Shown here: one piece after another, positions 8,755 to 17,363 of the stretch | Layout of the letters: every line of letters begins with the position of its first letter | Position numbering within the stretch: the stretch's first letter is position 1 | NCBI GenBank assembly: GCA_038078835.1 | Contig: JBBTQI010000003.1 | Span: forward strand, 2,196-66,195 | Direction of reading: 5' to 3' | DNA from: Patescibacteria group bacterium | Lineage (GTDB): Bacteria; Patescibacteriota; UBA1384; XYA2-FULL-43-10; 1-14-0-10-43-13 | Length of the DNA stretch: 64,000 nucleotides | The notes under the pieces: generated by a model | What the model was told of the DNA's origin: nothing | The model's input: the letters and a program-made list of their open reading frames with translations, nothing else | Database searches by the model: none | Translations under genes and position numbers: made by a program

Positions 8755-11052
8755 CTATTTGGGCCATTCGGCAATCATGATGGACTCGACCAAATCAGGA
8801 GAGATCTCTCTTAACTCCTGCCAAACTGCCTCCGTCACAAAGGGCATAAAGGGATGAAGCATTATAAGGGTTTCGGATAGAACTTTGACGAGAGCTTTTT
8901 TAGTGTTTTTCTTGATCTGCTCATCGCTATGTTTATCAAAATATATCTTTGTCTCCTCGATATATATATCGGCGAACGTGTGCCAAAAATAGTCGTAGAG
9001 TTTCTCCCCAGCTAAAGAGAATTTGAAATCACTTAGTAACCGTGTTGTCTCTTTCTTAAGAGATTCGTGTTCGTTAAGCATTCTTTGATTTTCCACGGTA
9101 TGCTTTCCGCCTTCGATGAAATCTAAATCAGATAGTTTGTCAGTGCCAATTACACCCGTCTTGAGGTCGCCTTCTGAAACCCGAAGGATAACGTAGCGCG
9201 AAGCATTCCAGATCTTGTTGGCAAAGTTGCGCATACCGCGAATCTTTTCTTCGGAGATAATAACGTCGTTGCCGGCAGCAACACCGAAAACCAAAGCCAT
9301 TCGAACGGCATCGGTACCGTATTGTTCTGCTACGCCAAGGGGATTGATAACATTGCCTTTGGACTTGCTCATCTTCTGCCGATCCTTATCCCGAACCAAA
9401 CCATGTAGAAACACATGTTTAAACGGCACCTTGTCGGTGACATAGAGTCCTAGCATAATCATTCTGGCGACCCAGAAAAAGAGGATGTCCCAACCGGTCT
9501 CCATGACAGAGGTTGGATAGAACTTTTCAAAATCACTAGGCTTTGTTGTCTGGAGAGCGGCAAAGGGCCACTGACCGGAGGAGAACCAGGTGTCAAAAAC
9601 ATCAGGATCAGACACAAGATCAGCACAACCACAATCTGGACATTTTTCTGGTTTTTCCCCTTCTGTCACTATTGGTTTTCCACTAATTTTACTTATCCTA
9701 CCTGGAATTGTTCCCTCTTTTACTGCGGCTCCGTAAGTAATATCTGTAGCGACCTCGTTGCTACAATTTTGACAATACCACGCCGGAATTCTGATTCCCC
9801 AAACAATTTGGCGGGAGATATTCCAATCCCGAATGTTCTCCATCCAGTGAGTAAAGATCTTCTCAAAACGTTTGGTGACAAACTTGACTCTGCCGTCTTT
9901 TACGACTTTTAGAGCATCTTTGGCTAATATCTTGCCTGATTTGCCGGGCTTATTGACGGCAATAAACCACTGTTCGCGTGGCAGCGGCTCGATAACACTT
10001 TGGCACTTATAACAAACACCCACAGAATGGAGGTAGTTCTCATTTCTTTTTTCAACCAACTCATCCAACTCCTCCGCCACAAGAGCGCGAGCCTCGGCAG
10101 TTCTCTTGCCTGATAACCTTTCTATAATCTGGGGTTTTGCTTTGGCTTGTTCCAGATTGGCAAGACGCCCTCTATCATCAATAACCGCCAAAATCTCAAG
10201 GCCATGGCGCTGGCCGATTTCAAAGTCGGTCGGATCATGGGCCGGAGTAACCTTAACCGCCCCGGTGCCGAATTTCATATCAACGGCTTCGTCGGCAATG
10301 ACCGGAATATCGCGGTCTGTTAAGGGCAACGGCACACTCTTGCCAATCAAATCTTTATACCCCTCATCGTTCGGATTAACGGCGATAGCCACATCGCCAA
10401 ACATTGTCTCCGGTCTGGTTGTCGCCACGGTAATCGGGCCATATTTGATATAGTACAATGGATCTTGTCGCTCTTCGTATTTTACTTCAAGATCCGAGAG
10501 TGAGGTCTGGTGTTTCGGGCACCAGTTGACCAGCCTAAAAGCCCGATAAGCCAGGCCGTCGTCATAGAGCTTTTTAAAGGTCTCGTAAACGATCTTAATA
10601 ATGTCGGGGTCGAGGGTAAATTTCTCTCTCTGCCAGTCGCAACTGGCGCCTAGCTTTTTGAGCTGGGCTTCCATTGCCTTCTTGTTTTCCTGAGTGAAAT
10701 CCCACATCATTTGGTAGAGTTCGTCTCTTGGAATTTGGAATCGGCTCTTGCCCTCCTTCTCCAGCTTCTTTTCAAAAACAACCTGGGTTTCAAAGCCGGC
10801 GTGATCGGCGCCCGGCAGCCACAGAGCGGCTTTTCCTTTAAGTCTGGCATACCGGATCATAATATCTTCAAGGGTAACGAAAACGGCATGGCCGATATGA
10901 AGCGAACCGTTGGCATTGGGCGGCGGCATGATAATACTGAATGGTTCGCCCCCTGGATTTACCTCCGGCTTAAAATAGCCCGCTTTCTCCCAGCGTTGGT
11001 ATAGATTCTCCTCAAATTTTTCCGGCTGCCACGCCTTGTCGATCGTTTTCAT
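8755..11052 (-). CDS. valS: Valine-tRNA ligase, short form lacking the C-terminal coiled coil
   Basis: PPPNANGSLHIGH, DWNISRQIVWG, DTWFSS, KMSKS; ends at IAEWPK. Confidence 0.95.
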   Translation of the reverse strand: MKTIDKAWQPEKFEENLYQRWEKAGYFKPEVNPGGEPFSIIMPPPNANGSLHIGHAVFVTLEDIMIRYARLKGKAALWLPGADHAGFETQVVFEKKLEKEGKSRFQIPRDELYQMMWDFTQENKKAMEAQLKKLGASCDWQREKFTLDPDIIKIVYETFKKLYDDGLAYRAFRLVNWCPKHQTSLSDLEVKYEERQDPLYYIKYGPITVATTRPETMFGDVAIAVNPNDEGYKDLIGKSVPLPLTDRDIPVIADEAVDMKFGTGAVKVTPAHDPTDFEIGQRHGLEILAVIDDRGRLANLEQAKAKPQIIERLSGKRTAEARALVAEELDELVEKRNENYLHSVGVCYKCQSVIEPLPREQWFIAVNKPGKSGKILAKDALKVVKDGRVKFVTKRFEKIFTHWMENIRDWNISRQIVWGIRIPAWYCQNCSNEVATDITYGAAVKEGTIPGRISKISGKPIVTEGEKPEKCPDCGCADLVSDPDVFDTWFSSGQWPFAALQTTKPSDFEKFYPTSVMETGWDILFFWVARMIMLGLYVTDKVPFKHVFLHGLVRDKDRQKMSKSKGNVINPLGVAEQYGTDAVRMALVFGVAAGNDVIISEEKIRGMRNFANKIWNASRYVILRVSEGDLKTGVIGTDKLSDLDFIEGGKHTVENQRMLNEHESLKKETTRLLSDFKFSLAGEKLYDYFWHTFADIYIEETKIYFDKHSDEQIKKNTKKALVKVLSETLIMLHPFMPFVTEAVWQELREISPDLVESIMIAEWPK

Positions 11053-11087
11053 AGTACTACCAAAATACCATAAATCCACTCGTGATT

Positions 11088-11540
11088 CTACCCTTCCAGC
11101 ATCTCGCTGATCTTGTCGCGGATCTCCTCCAATCGCTTCCTCTCGGCTAACAGTAATCGCTCATCAACCGAATAACCACGTAGTAACAAATTCTTCAGCG
11201 TCTTTGTTGCCCAGATCCGAAACAGAGTCGCTTTTTGGGAATTTACTCGATATCCGACAGACAAAATCGCGTCTAGATTGTAAAATTTAGTCTTATATTT
11301 CTTTCCGTCTTTGGCAGTACATTCCAAAATGGAATGAACTGATTTTTCTTCGAGTTCACTTGATTTAAAAACATTATGCAAGTGCTTTGCAATTGCTGGC
11401 TGATTTACGCCAAAAAGATCAGCCATTTGATTCTGGTTTAGCCAAAGAGTCTCATCCTTCAGGCGAGCCTCAATATAGACCTCACCCTTATAGACCTCAC
11501 CCTTCGGTGAAGTGTAAATGGCAATTTGATTCACTTCCAT
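11088..11540 (-). CDS. RhuM-family protein, N-terminal domain only
   Basis: ETLWLNQNQMADLF, YNLDAILSVGYRVNS..AT.FRIWAT; no Fic domain follows. Confidence 0.75.
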   Translation of the reverse strand: MEVNQIAIYTSPKGEVYKGEVYIEARLKDETLWLNQNQMADLFGVNQPAIAKHLHNVFKSSELEEKSVHSILECTAKDGKKYKTKFYNLDAILSVGYRVNSQKATLFRIWATKTLKNLLLRGYSVDERLLLAERKRLEEIRDKISEMLEG

Positions 11541-11549
11541 AGCACAATT

Positions 11550-13013
11550 TTAGCCCAACTCCCAGTTGGCGTCTACTTTAATCTTGCCCCAAGAAGAAAC
11601 ATTGTTTCGCAGAACGTGATAGTAGGCCGCCAGACCAATCATCGCCGCATTATCGCCGGTTAAAGCTATTGGCGGTACCAGAAAATCTACTTTCGACTTT
11701 TCACTTTCAACTTTCAACTTGCTTCGAAGGTGTTTGTTTGCAGCAACGCCGCCGGCCAAAACAACGGTTTTGGGGGTAAATTGTTCAACCGCTCTCATTG
11801 TTTTAGTTACCAGCACATCAACAACTGCATCCTCAAAGGCAGTGGCAATCTCCGCTTTATCGATATCATCAAGACCCTCACCCCTACCCTCTCCCAAAGG
11901 GCGAGGGAGTTTTAAGGAAATCCGACGCTTAACTTCCAGAAGAACAGCTGTCTTTAAACCGGAGAAAGAAAAATTAAAAGTGCCATTGTTAATAATCGGC
12001 CGAGGAAGAACTAATTTGCTTAAGGCTGGAGGCTTAAGGCCGACCTTCGACAAACTCAGGTCGCCCTGAGTGGAAATTGAATGGGCGGAGGCCACATCCT
12101 TCCCGCCTTCAGCCTTCGGCCTTGGGCCTTGGGCTGATTCGCCTTTAGGATCATTTCTAAATTGCTCCGCCAATTTAGAAATGATCGGTCCCCCGGGATA
12201 ACCAAGACTAAGCAACTTGGCCACCTTGTCAAAAGCCTCTCCCGCCGCGTCATCCAGGGTCTGGCCGAGAGTCTCATACTGATCGTGACCCTTCATCAGA
12301 ACAAGCGAAGTATGCCCGCCAGAAACCACTAAAGCCAAAATTGGAAATTTTGGCTCGTCCAAGGCCAAAGGCCCAAGGTCTAAGGTCTTTTCGTCTCGGC
12401 CTTCGACCTTCGACCTTCGACCTTCGACATTTACTCCGCTTAAAGCGGAGTAAATATGTCCTTCGATATGGTTGACGGGAATAATCGGCTTATCCAGCAC
12501 GTAAGCGATCGATTTGGCGGCGTTAAATCCAATCAAAAGAGACCCGATCAACCCCGGTCCCGCCGTTACCGCGATGTGGGTAATCTCATTTTTTAGATAA
12601 TCCTGACTTTCCTGAAAATTACTACCCTCACCCCAACCCTCTCCCTGAAAGGGAGAGGGAGTATTAAAGGTTCCATCGCCCCGTTTCACGGGGAGAGGGT
12701 TAGGGTGAGGGGTTATAATAGATCCGTTTCCTTTATTTTGCATTTTGCATTTTGCATTTTGATTTTTAGCCTGTAAGAGTGCTTGTACGATTACAGGCGT
12801 TATCGCTTCCATATGCGCCCGGCTGGCCACCTCCGGCACTACCCCGCCCGTCTTGGCATGGAGATCGATTTGAGAGCTCACCACATTCGACAAAATGACA
12901 GGCCGAAAGCCTGTCATCCCGGACTTGATCCGGGATCCATCTTTTCCTACCCCAATAACCGCCGCAGCGGTCTCATCACAAGACGACTCGATGGCAAGAA
13001 TTAGAGGGGACAT
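11550..13013 (-). CDS. tsaD: tRNA threonylcarbamoyltransferase TsaD with six in-frame repeat-derived insertions
   Basis: ILAIESSCDETAAA, GGVVPEVASRAH, NHIEGH, VSGGHT, DDAAGEAFDK, FSFSGLKT, GGVAAN, DNAAMI; ATG at 13013. Confidence 0.95.
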   Translation of the reverse strand: MSPLILAIESSCDETAAAVIGVGKDGSRIKSGMTGFRPVILSNVVSSQIDLHAKTGGVVPEVASRAHMEAITPVIVQALLQAKNQNAKCKMQNKGNGSIITPHPNPLPVKRGDGTFNTPSPFQGEGWGEGSNFQESQDYLKNEITHIAVTAGPGLIGSLLIGFNAAKSIAYVLDKPIIPVNHIEGHIYSALSGVNVEGRRSKVEGRDEKTLDLGPLALDEPKFPILALVVSGGHTSLVLMKGHDQYETLGQTLDDAAGEAFDKVAKLLSLGYPGGPIISKLAEQFRNDPKGESAQGPRPKAEGGKDVASAHSISTQGDLSLSKVGLKPPALSKLVLPRPIINNGTFNFSFSGLKTAVLLEVKRRISLKLPRPLGEGRGEGLDDIDKAEIATAFEDAVVDVLVTKTMRAVEQFTPKTVVLAGGVAANKHLRSKLKVESEKSKVDFLVPPIALTGDNAAMIGLAAYYHVLRNNVSSWGKIKVDANWELG

Positions 13014-13016
13014 TAG

Positions 13017-13746
13017 AGGGGACGGTTCTCTTTTAGGCACAGTTTTTCGCTTTCTTTGATTTTCTGGCCACCTTTTCCTGTTCTCGGTATCTTTGATAAT
13101 TACTGCCCCAGATATTTTTACCATAAGTTTGCTCAATAATTTGGTCTACCACCAGTTTTTGATAGCTAATTTGTCTATCTTGTGCATCCTGTCCGATTGC
13201 CTCATAAAGAAAATCGGGGGTGATTAATAAATCTGTTTTACCTCGAACGTAATGGAGATAGCTTGAGTATTTGTAATCTTCCGGCCTTTCTACTAATCTC
13301 GCCCTGACCGGATTAAGTTCAATATACTTTCCGCACTGGATAAAGTAGGCGTCCTTACCGACCGCCTGACTTTTATAGCGATCTTGCCAAAAGTGGCCAA
13401 TCCAATCATAGGACTGCCGATAGTGTTGGAAATAGGCCAAATTTAACTTTTTCATAAAAGTCGAAAAGTCGAGAGCTTTCTTGGTTTGAATTAAAAAGTG
13501 AGTGTGGGTAGGCATCAAGCAATAATGATAAAGGTCAAAAGGATGTTCTGATTTATACCTGCCAATAAGTTCTAAAAAATACAAATAATCATCATCTGAC
13601 CTGAAAACCTTATTCCGGTTGTTGCCCCGGGTCATTATATGATAAAAACTCTGAGATAAAAGAAATCGTCGTGTTCTTGGCATAACGTAAGTTTACTAGA
13701 ATTCAGTAAAAAGCGAAATATCGAGATAAAAAGAGAACCGTCCCCT
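13017..13746. mobile_element. RAYT/Y1-transposase element bounded by perfect 18-bp inverted repeats
   Basis: AGGGGACGGTTCTCTTTT (13017-13034) and AAAAGAGAACCGTCCCCT (13729-13746); AT-rich interior. Confidence 0.8.
13033..13683 (-). CDS. REP-associated tyrosine transposase (Y1 HUH, IS200-like superfamily)
   Basis: MPR..R, YHIMTRGNNR, YCLMPTHTH (HUH), GHFWQDRYKS, YIELNPVRA, YKYSSY. Confidence 0.88.
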   Translation of the reverse strand: MPRTRRFLLSQSFYHIMTRGNNRNKVFRSDDDYLYFLELIGRYKSEHPFDLYHYCLMPTHTHFLIQTKKALDFSTFMKKLNLAYFQHYRQSYDWIGHFWQDRYKSQAVGKDAYFIQCGKYIELNPVRARLVERPEDYKYSSYLHYVRGKTDLLITPDFLYEAIGQDAQDRQISYQKLVVDQIIEQTYGKNIWGSNYQRYREQEKVARKSKKAKNCA

Positions 13747-13789
13747 TAAGCTCTTAAGCTTATTAACAAAAATCCCTATAAAAATCAAA

Positions 13790-13820
13790 TGGAGCGGCCG
13801 ATCTTCGATCGGCCGCTCCA
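13790..13820. other. Perfect 14-bp GC-rich hairpin with 3-nt loop downstream of putative DGR target
   Basis: TGGAGCGGCCGATC-TTC-GATCGGCCGCTCCA (GAA loop on the coding strand). Confidence 0.8.
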
Positions 13821-13856
13821 AGGGTCCAAGAGGGGGAACCCCAAGCACACAGCGCC

Positions 13857-14639
13857 CTAGGAAGCAAGGACTCCCAGAGGGCGAACCGCCGCGCGGCGCC
13901 AGCGGCCGTCGGCAAAGTTGTAGCTGACGCGCACGAGGCCGCCGTAGTTCGAATCGCCACCGACGAGGCGGTTCGACGCGTCCCCGAAGAACTCCTCGTA
14001 CCAGACCCACGTATCGGTCTGGCCGTCGTTCGCACGGGGGCACATGGCGGGGTATGCCTGCGGGACGATGTTCGCCTCGATAATGGTCTCGAGGCGCATC
14101 CGCTGAGCCGGGAGGCCGAGCAGCTCGGCGACCACCGAACGGAGGTGGTTGTCCCACTCCACGGGCGAGACACCGAAGCGGCTCTCCTGAGGGCCGTACT
14201 CGTACTTGACGAGCTTGCCATCTGCCCGAAGGCGGGCGATCAGCTTGCCCAGGAAGTTGGCGTCGTTTGCGAACATCTGCCGCCCGCCGTCGTACGACGG
14301 CTTGCAACGCGTGTCCACCAGGGCAACGATGCCCTCGAGGCCAACTTCGGTCATCGAAGCCAGCTCGCCGCTGGCGTTGCGCCGCTTGATGTTGCCGGCG
14401 CCGATCTGTTCCCAGAACCAGAACTCCGGCTTCTTCTTCCAGCCCTTGAGGCTGGTCTTAGCGGTAAGCACGAGCTTGGGCAGGAAGTGCACCTCGAGAC
14501 CGAGGGCATTCCAGGCCTTCACGCGCTCTTGGCCTGTGGCCTCGAGCACCTGGCGCATCAGCGCCAGGTTTTGTGTCTGGCCGAAGAATGCCTGGTGGCA
14601 TTTCTCTTCGGCGGCAATGATCTTGCCAATCCAATCCAT
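13857..14639 (-). CDS. GC-rich hypothetical protein, putative DGR target (C-type-lectin-like C-terminus)
   Basis: Ends TWVWYEE...RLVGGDSNYGGLVRVSYNFADGRWRRAAVRPL; RBS AGAGGAG before ATG 14639; hairpin downstream. Confidence 0.62.
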   Translation of the reverse strand: MDWIGKIIAAEEKCHQAFFGQTQNLALMRQVLEATGQERVKAWNALGLEVHFLPKLVLTAKTSLKGWKKKPEFWFWEQIGAGNIKRRNASGELASMTEVGLEGIVALVDTRCKPSYDGGRQMFANDANFLGKLIARLRADGKLVKYEYGPQESRFGVSPVEWDNHLRSVVAELLGLPAQRMRLETIIEANIVPQAYPAMCPRANDGQTDTWVWYEEFFGDASNRLVGGDSNYGGLVRVSYNFADGRWRRAAVRPLGVLAS

Positions 14640-14715
14640 GGTCGTTCTCCTCTCTGAAACGTTGCGTTTATGATAGCGCGAACGCTTGCAGCGTACCACG
14701 AGTTGATAGTCTAAG

Positions 14716-14744
14716 ACTATACACTATTTTCCTGTCACTGTCAA
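14716..14744 (-). promoter_or_regulatory. Sigma70 promoter TTGACA-N17-TATAGT for the 13857-14639 gene
   Basis: + strand ACTATA 14716-14721 and TGTCAA 14739-14744. Confidence 0.7.
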
Positions 14745-14783
14745 TGTTTCTGGACTTGATATTTTCTGCTATCCTTGAAGTTA

Positions 14784-15719
14784 ATGTCCACCTCTCTTTT
14801 CCAAACCCCCGAGTGGGGGGATTTTAAGTGCCAAACCGGCTGGAGCAAGCAGCATCGCCTTGACGGTATTTTGGTGCTGGAGAAAAAATTACCCCTTGGA
14901 CGGACGATGCTATATTCACCGATGATCAATGAGGCTCAAGGCCGGAGGCTCAAGGCCGGAGGCTTTTTGGAACAGATCAAAAACATCGCTCAAAAGCGCA
15001 ATGCCATATTTTACCGGGTGGAATTCGACACCCCGCTCCCAACCTTCGACCTTAAGCCTTCGACCTTCGGCGCCCGTCGGGCTTTCGAGGAGATGCAGCC
15101 GGAGCATACGCTGATTCTCGATATCACCCAGAGCGAGGAAGAGATTCTGGCTCAGATGAAACCAAAGGGGCGGTATAACATTAAAGTGGCCGAACGAAGC
15201 GGAATCGAGATAACGGAGTCAACTGATCCCAAGGGGCCGGAACTCGACAGCTTTTACACACTCTACGAGTCTATGGCCAAGCGGCAAAGAATTTCCTATC
15301 GAGATAAAAAATACTTCGAGGCTCTACTTGAAATCCTGGGCAAAAAGGATTATGCTCGACTGTACGATGCCTCTGTTAATATTGATGGCAAAACTACTAC
15401 CCTGGCATCAGCCATTGTCGGGAACTTTGATCGGCGGGTGACCTATCTCTTCGGCGGCTCAAGCAATGAACACCGTAATTTGATGGCGCCCTATCTCCTG
15501 CATTGGCAGATAATCAAAGATGCTAGAGCGCAGGGCTGCACTGAATACGACTTGTTCGGTATTGCCCCCAATGATGACCCCAAACATCCCTGGGCCGGCG
15601 TAACGCGGTTCAAAAAACAGTTCGGCGGCCGCGAGGTCCACCTGGCCGGAAACTGGGATCTGGTCTTTAGACCGGTTGAATATCAATCATTCAAGATAGT
15701 CGAGAAAATCCGAAGATAG
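14784..15719 (+). CDS. FemAB/FemX-family lipid II peptidyltransferase
   Basis: FQTPEWG.FK, KGRYNIKVAE, YLFGGSS, YLLHWQII, YDLFGI, GVTRFKKQFGG. Confidence 0.88.
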   Translation: MSTSLFQTPEWGDFKCQTGWSKQHRLDGILVLEKKLPLGRTMLYSPMINEAQGRRLKAGGFLEQIKNIAQKRNAIFYRVEFDTPLPTFDLKPSTFGARRAFEEMQPEHTLILDITQSEEEILAQMKPKGRYNIKVAERSGIEITESTDPKGPELDSFYTLYESMAKRQRISYRDKKYFEALLEILGKKDYARLYDASVNIDGKTTTLASAIVGNFDRRVTYLFGGSSNEHRNLMAPYLLHWQIIKDARAQGCTEYDLFGIAPNDDPKHPWAGVTRFKKQFGGREVHLAGNWDLVFRPVEYQSFKIVEKIRR

Positions 15720-15732
15720 CAAGCTATCTCTA

Positions 15733-15999
15733 CTACGAAATTACAAATTCACCGAAGGTACAAATATTACCAGTGTTGCGTAATTAATTGGCGATTCCTC
15801 GAATTGTCATCTCGAATCCGCCAACCGGCGGATGAGAGATCTCCGATGTAGCAGCAAACCAATTCGAAGATTTCTCGCCTCCAAGGCCTCGAAATGACAG
15901 ATTGTGGGCATGATTGCGCAACATTGGTAAATATTACAAAACTACAAATTTGTAATTACGTAAGATTCGTAATTTTGTTCAATTTGTAATTTTGTAGGA
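15733..15999. mobile_element. Three nested palindromic elements between femX and murE
   Basis: Outer TACAAAATTACAAATT-type inverted repeat; middle ACCAGTGTTGCG/CGCAACATTGGT flanked by AAATATT direct repeats; inner GTCATCTCGA...TCGAAATGAC. Confidence 0.65.
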
Positions 16000-16003
16000 G
16001 ACA

Positions 16004-17350
16004 ATGAGAAAAATATTGTCGAAGATATTATCTCAGTCAACCAAGAATAAATATCATAAAATCCAAGCCGATTGGGCGTCTTTTCGTTGTGGCAAGCCGA
16101 GCCGAAAAATTAAGGTTATCGGCGTCACCGGCACCAAGGGAAAAACCACAGTTTGCAATATGATCGCCTCTATCCTTGATGAGGCCGGCATCAGGAACGC
16201 GATGGAGACAACCATCAACACCAAAATCGGCGACCGGCTTATCTCGCACACAACAAAAGCGCGCTGGGTCACTACCCCGCCCGCCGCGGTCCTGCAGAGC
16301 TTTCTGCGCCAAGCGGCTCGGGAAAAGTGCCGCTACGCCATTCTGGAGGTTACCTCGCAAGCAATCGATCAATACCGAACTTGGGGCATTAACTTTGATC
16401 TTCTTGTCTACACCAATCTCTCTCACGATCACCTGGACTATCATAAAACCAAGGAGAATTACCTGGCCGCCAAACTAAAGGTTTTTCAGCAAAATCCCCA
16501 GGCGCGGTTTGTCATCAACGCGGATGACGCCTACTGGAATCGCTTTTACTCCCTATCCGCCGGCGACAAGCTCCTCTATTCAATCAAGCAATCAATCGAC
16601 CACGGCGCCGTCGCCCGCAAAATACTCCTTGGCGCCGCCACCGCCACCTTTACCGTTGCTTACGATAACGGGCAAAGCATCATTCACCTGAGCCTCCCCG
16701 GTATTTTTAATGTCCAGAATGCCCTCGCCGCCTTTTGTGTCGGCCGGGTCCTCCGGCTGGATCCGGAAAAGATAAAGGCGGGACTGGAACAGATCAAGCT
16801 GGTGCCGGGCCGGATGGAATCGATCCGCATCTCACCCAAGCAGAATTTTAGCGTTATCGTCGATTATGCTCACAATCCTGACTCCCTGAAGAATGTTTAT
16901 GAAGCCATCCGTGACGGTATAAAAAATACAGAGGGGAGACTCATCGCCGTTCTCGGCGCAACGGGGCGGCGGGATAAGACAAAGCGGCCGATTATGGGAG
17001 CGCTCGCCGGCGGCTATGCCGATCTTGTCGTCTTTACCAACGAGGATCCTTACGACGAAGATCCGGCGACCATTATGGAGGAGATGGCGGCCGGCATCCA
17101 TAGGGGCGGCCAGCGCAAGTATCAGTGGCACCTTAATCGAAACTACTGGAAGGTACTTGACCGAACCCAAGCAATTCATAAAGCGATCAAGGAAGCACGC
17201 AAAAATGACGTGGTGGTCATAACCGGTAAGGGCGCCGAGGAGGTTATGGCTGTGGGTCAAGATAAATTTGTCCCTTTCTCCGATCGGGCAGTGGTGCGGC
17301 AAGAACTCCTGATGCGCTTTCCAGTCACAAACGGACAACAAACCTCCTAA
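16004..17350 (+). CDS. murE: UDP-MurNAc-tripeptide synthetase MurE
   Basis: GVTGTKGKTT, EVTSQA, TNLSHDHLDYH, PGRME, VDYAHNPD, GKGAE. Confidence 0.92.
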   Translation: MRKILSKILSQSTKNKYHKIQADWASFRCGKPSRKIKVIGVTGTKGKTTVCNMIASILDEAGIRNAMETTINTKIGDRLISHTTKARWVTTPPAAVLQSFLRQAAREKCRYAILEVTSQAIDQYRTWGINFDLLVYTNLSHDHLDYHKTKENYLAAKLKVFQQNPQARFVINADDAYWNRFYSLSAGDKLLYSIKQSIDHGAVARKILLGAATATFTVAYDNGQSIIHLSLPGIFNVQNALAAFCVGRVLRLDPEKIKAGLEQIKLVPGRMESIRISPKQNFSVIVDYAHNPDSLKNVYEAIRDGIKNTEGRLIAVLGATGRRDKTKRPIMGALAGGYADLVVFTNEDPYDEDPATIMEEMAAGIHRGGQRKYQWHLNRNYWKVLDRTQAIHKAIKEARKNDVVVITGKGAEEVMAVGQDKFVPFSDRAVVRQELLMRFPVTNGQQTS

Positions 17351-17363
17351 CAACGAACATCCC

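Noticed and set aside
8755-11052. valS as a truncated pseudogene
   Set aside because: All catalytic motifs are intact; short ValS forms without the coiled coil are known.
12690-12712. GGGTTAGGG telomere-like/G-quadruplex motif
   Set aside because: A single unit within the CCCTCACCC hairpin family, not a telomeric array.
11685-12767. Repeat tracts as a CRISPR array
   Set aside because: No constant repeat with unique spacers and no cas genes; units are 7-mers and hairpins within a CDS.
13014-13136. N-terminal extension of TsaD (similar extensions on mnmA, xer, M23, 54669 and 60567 ORFs)
   Set aside because: Extensions run through repeats or neighbouring genes; downstream ATG/TTG starts fit the families better.
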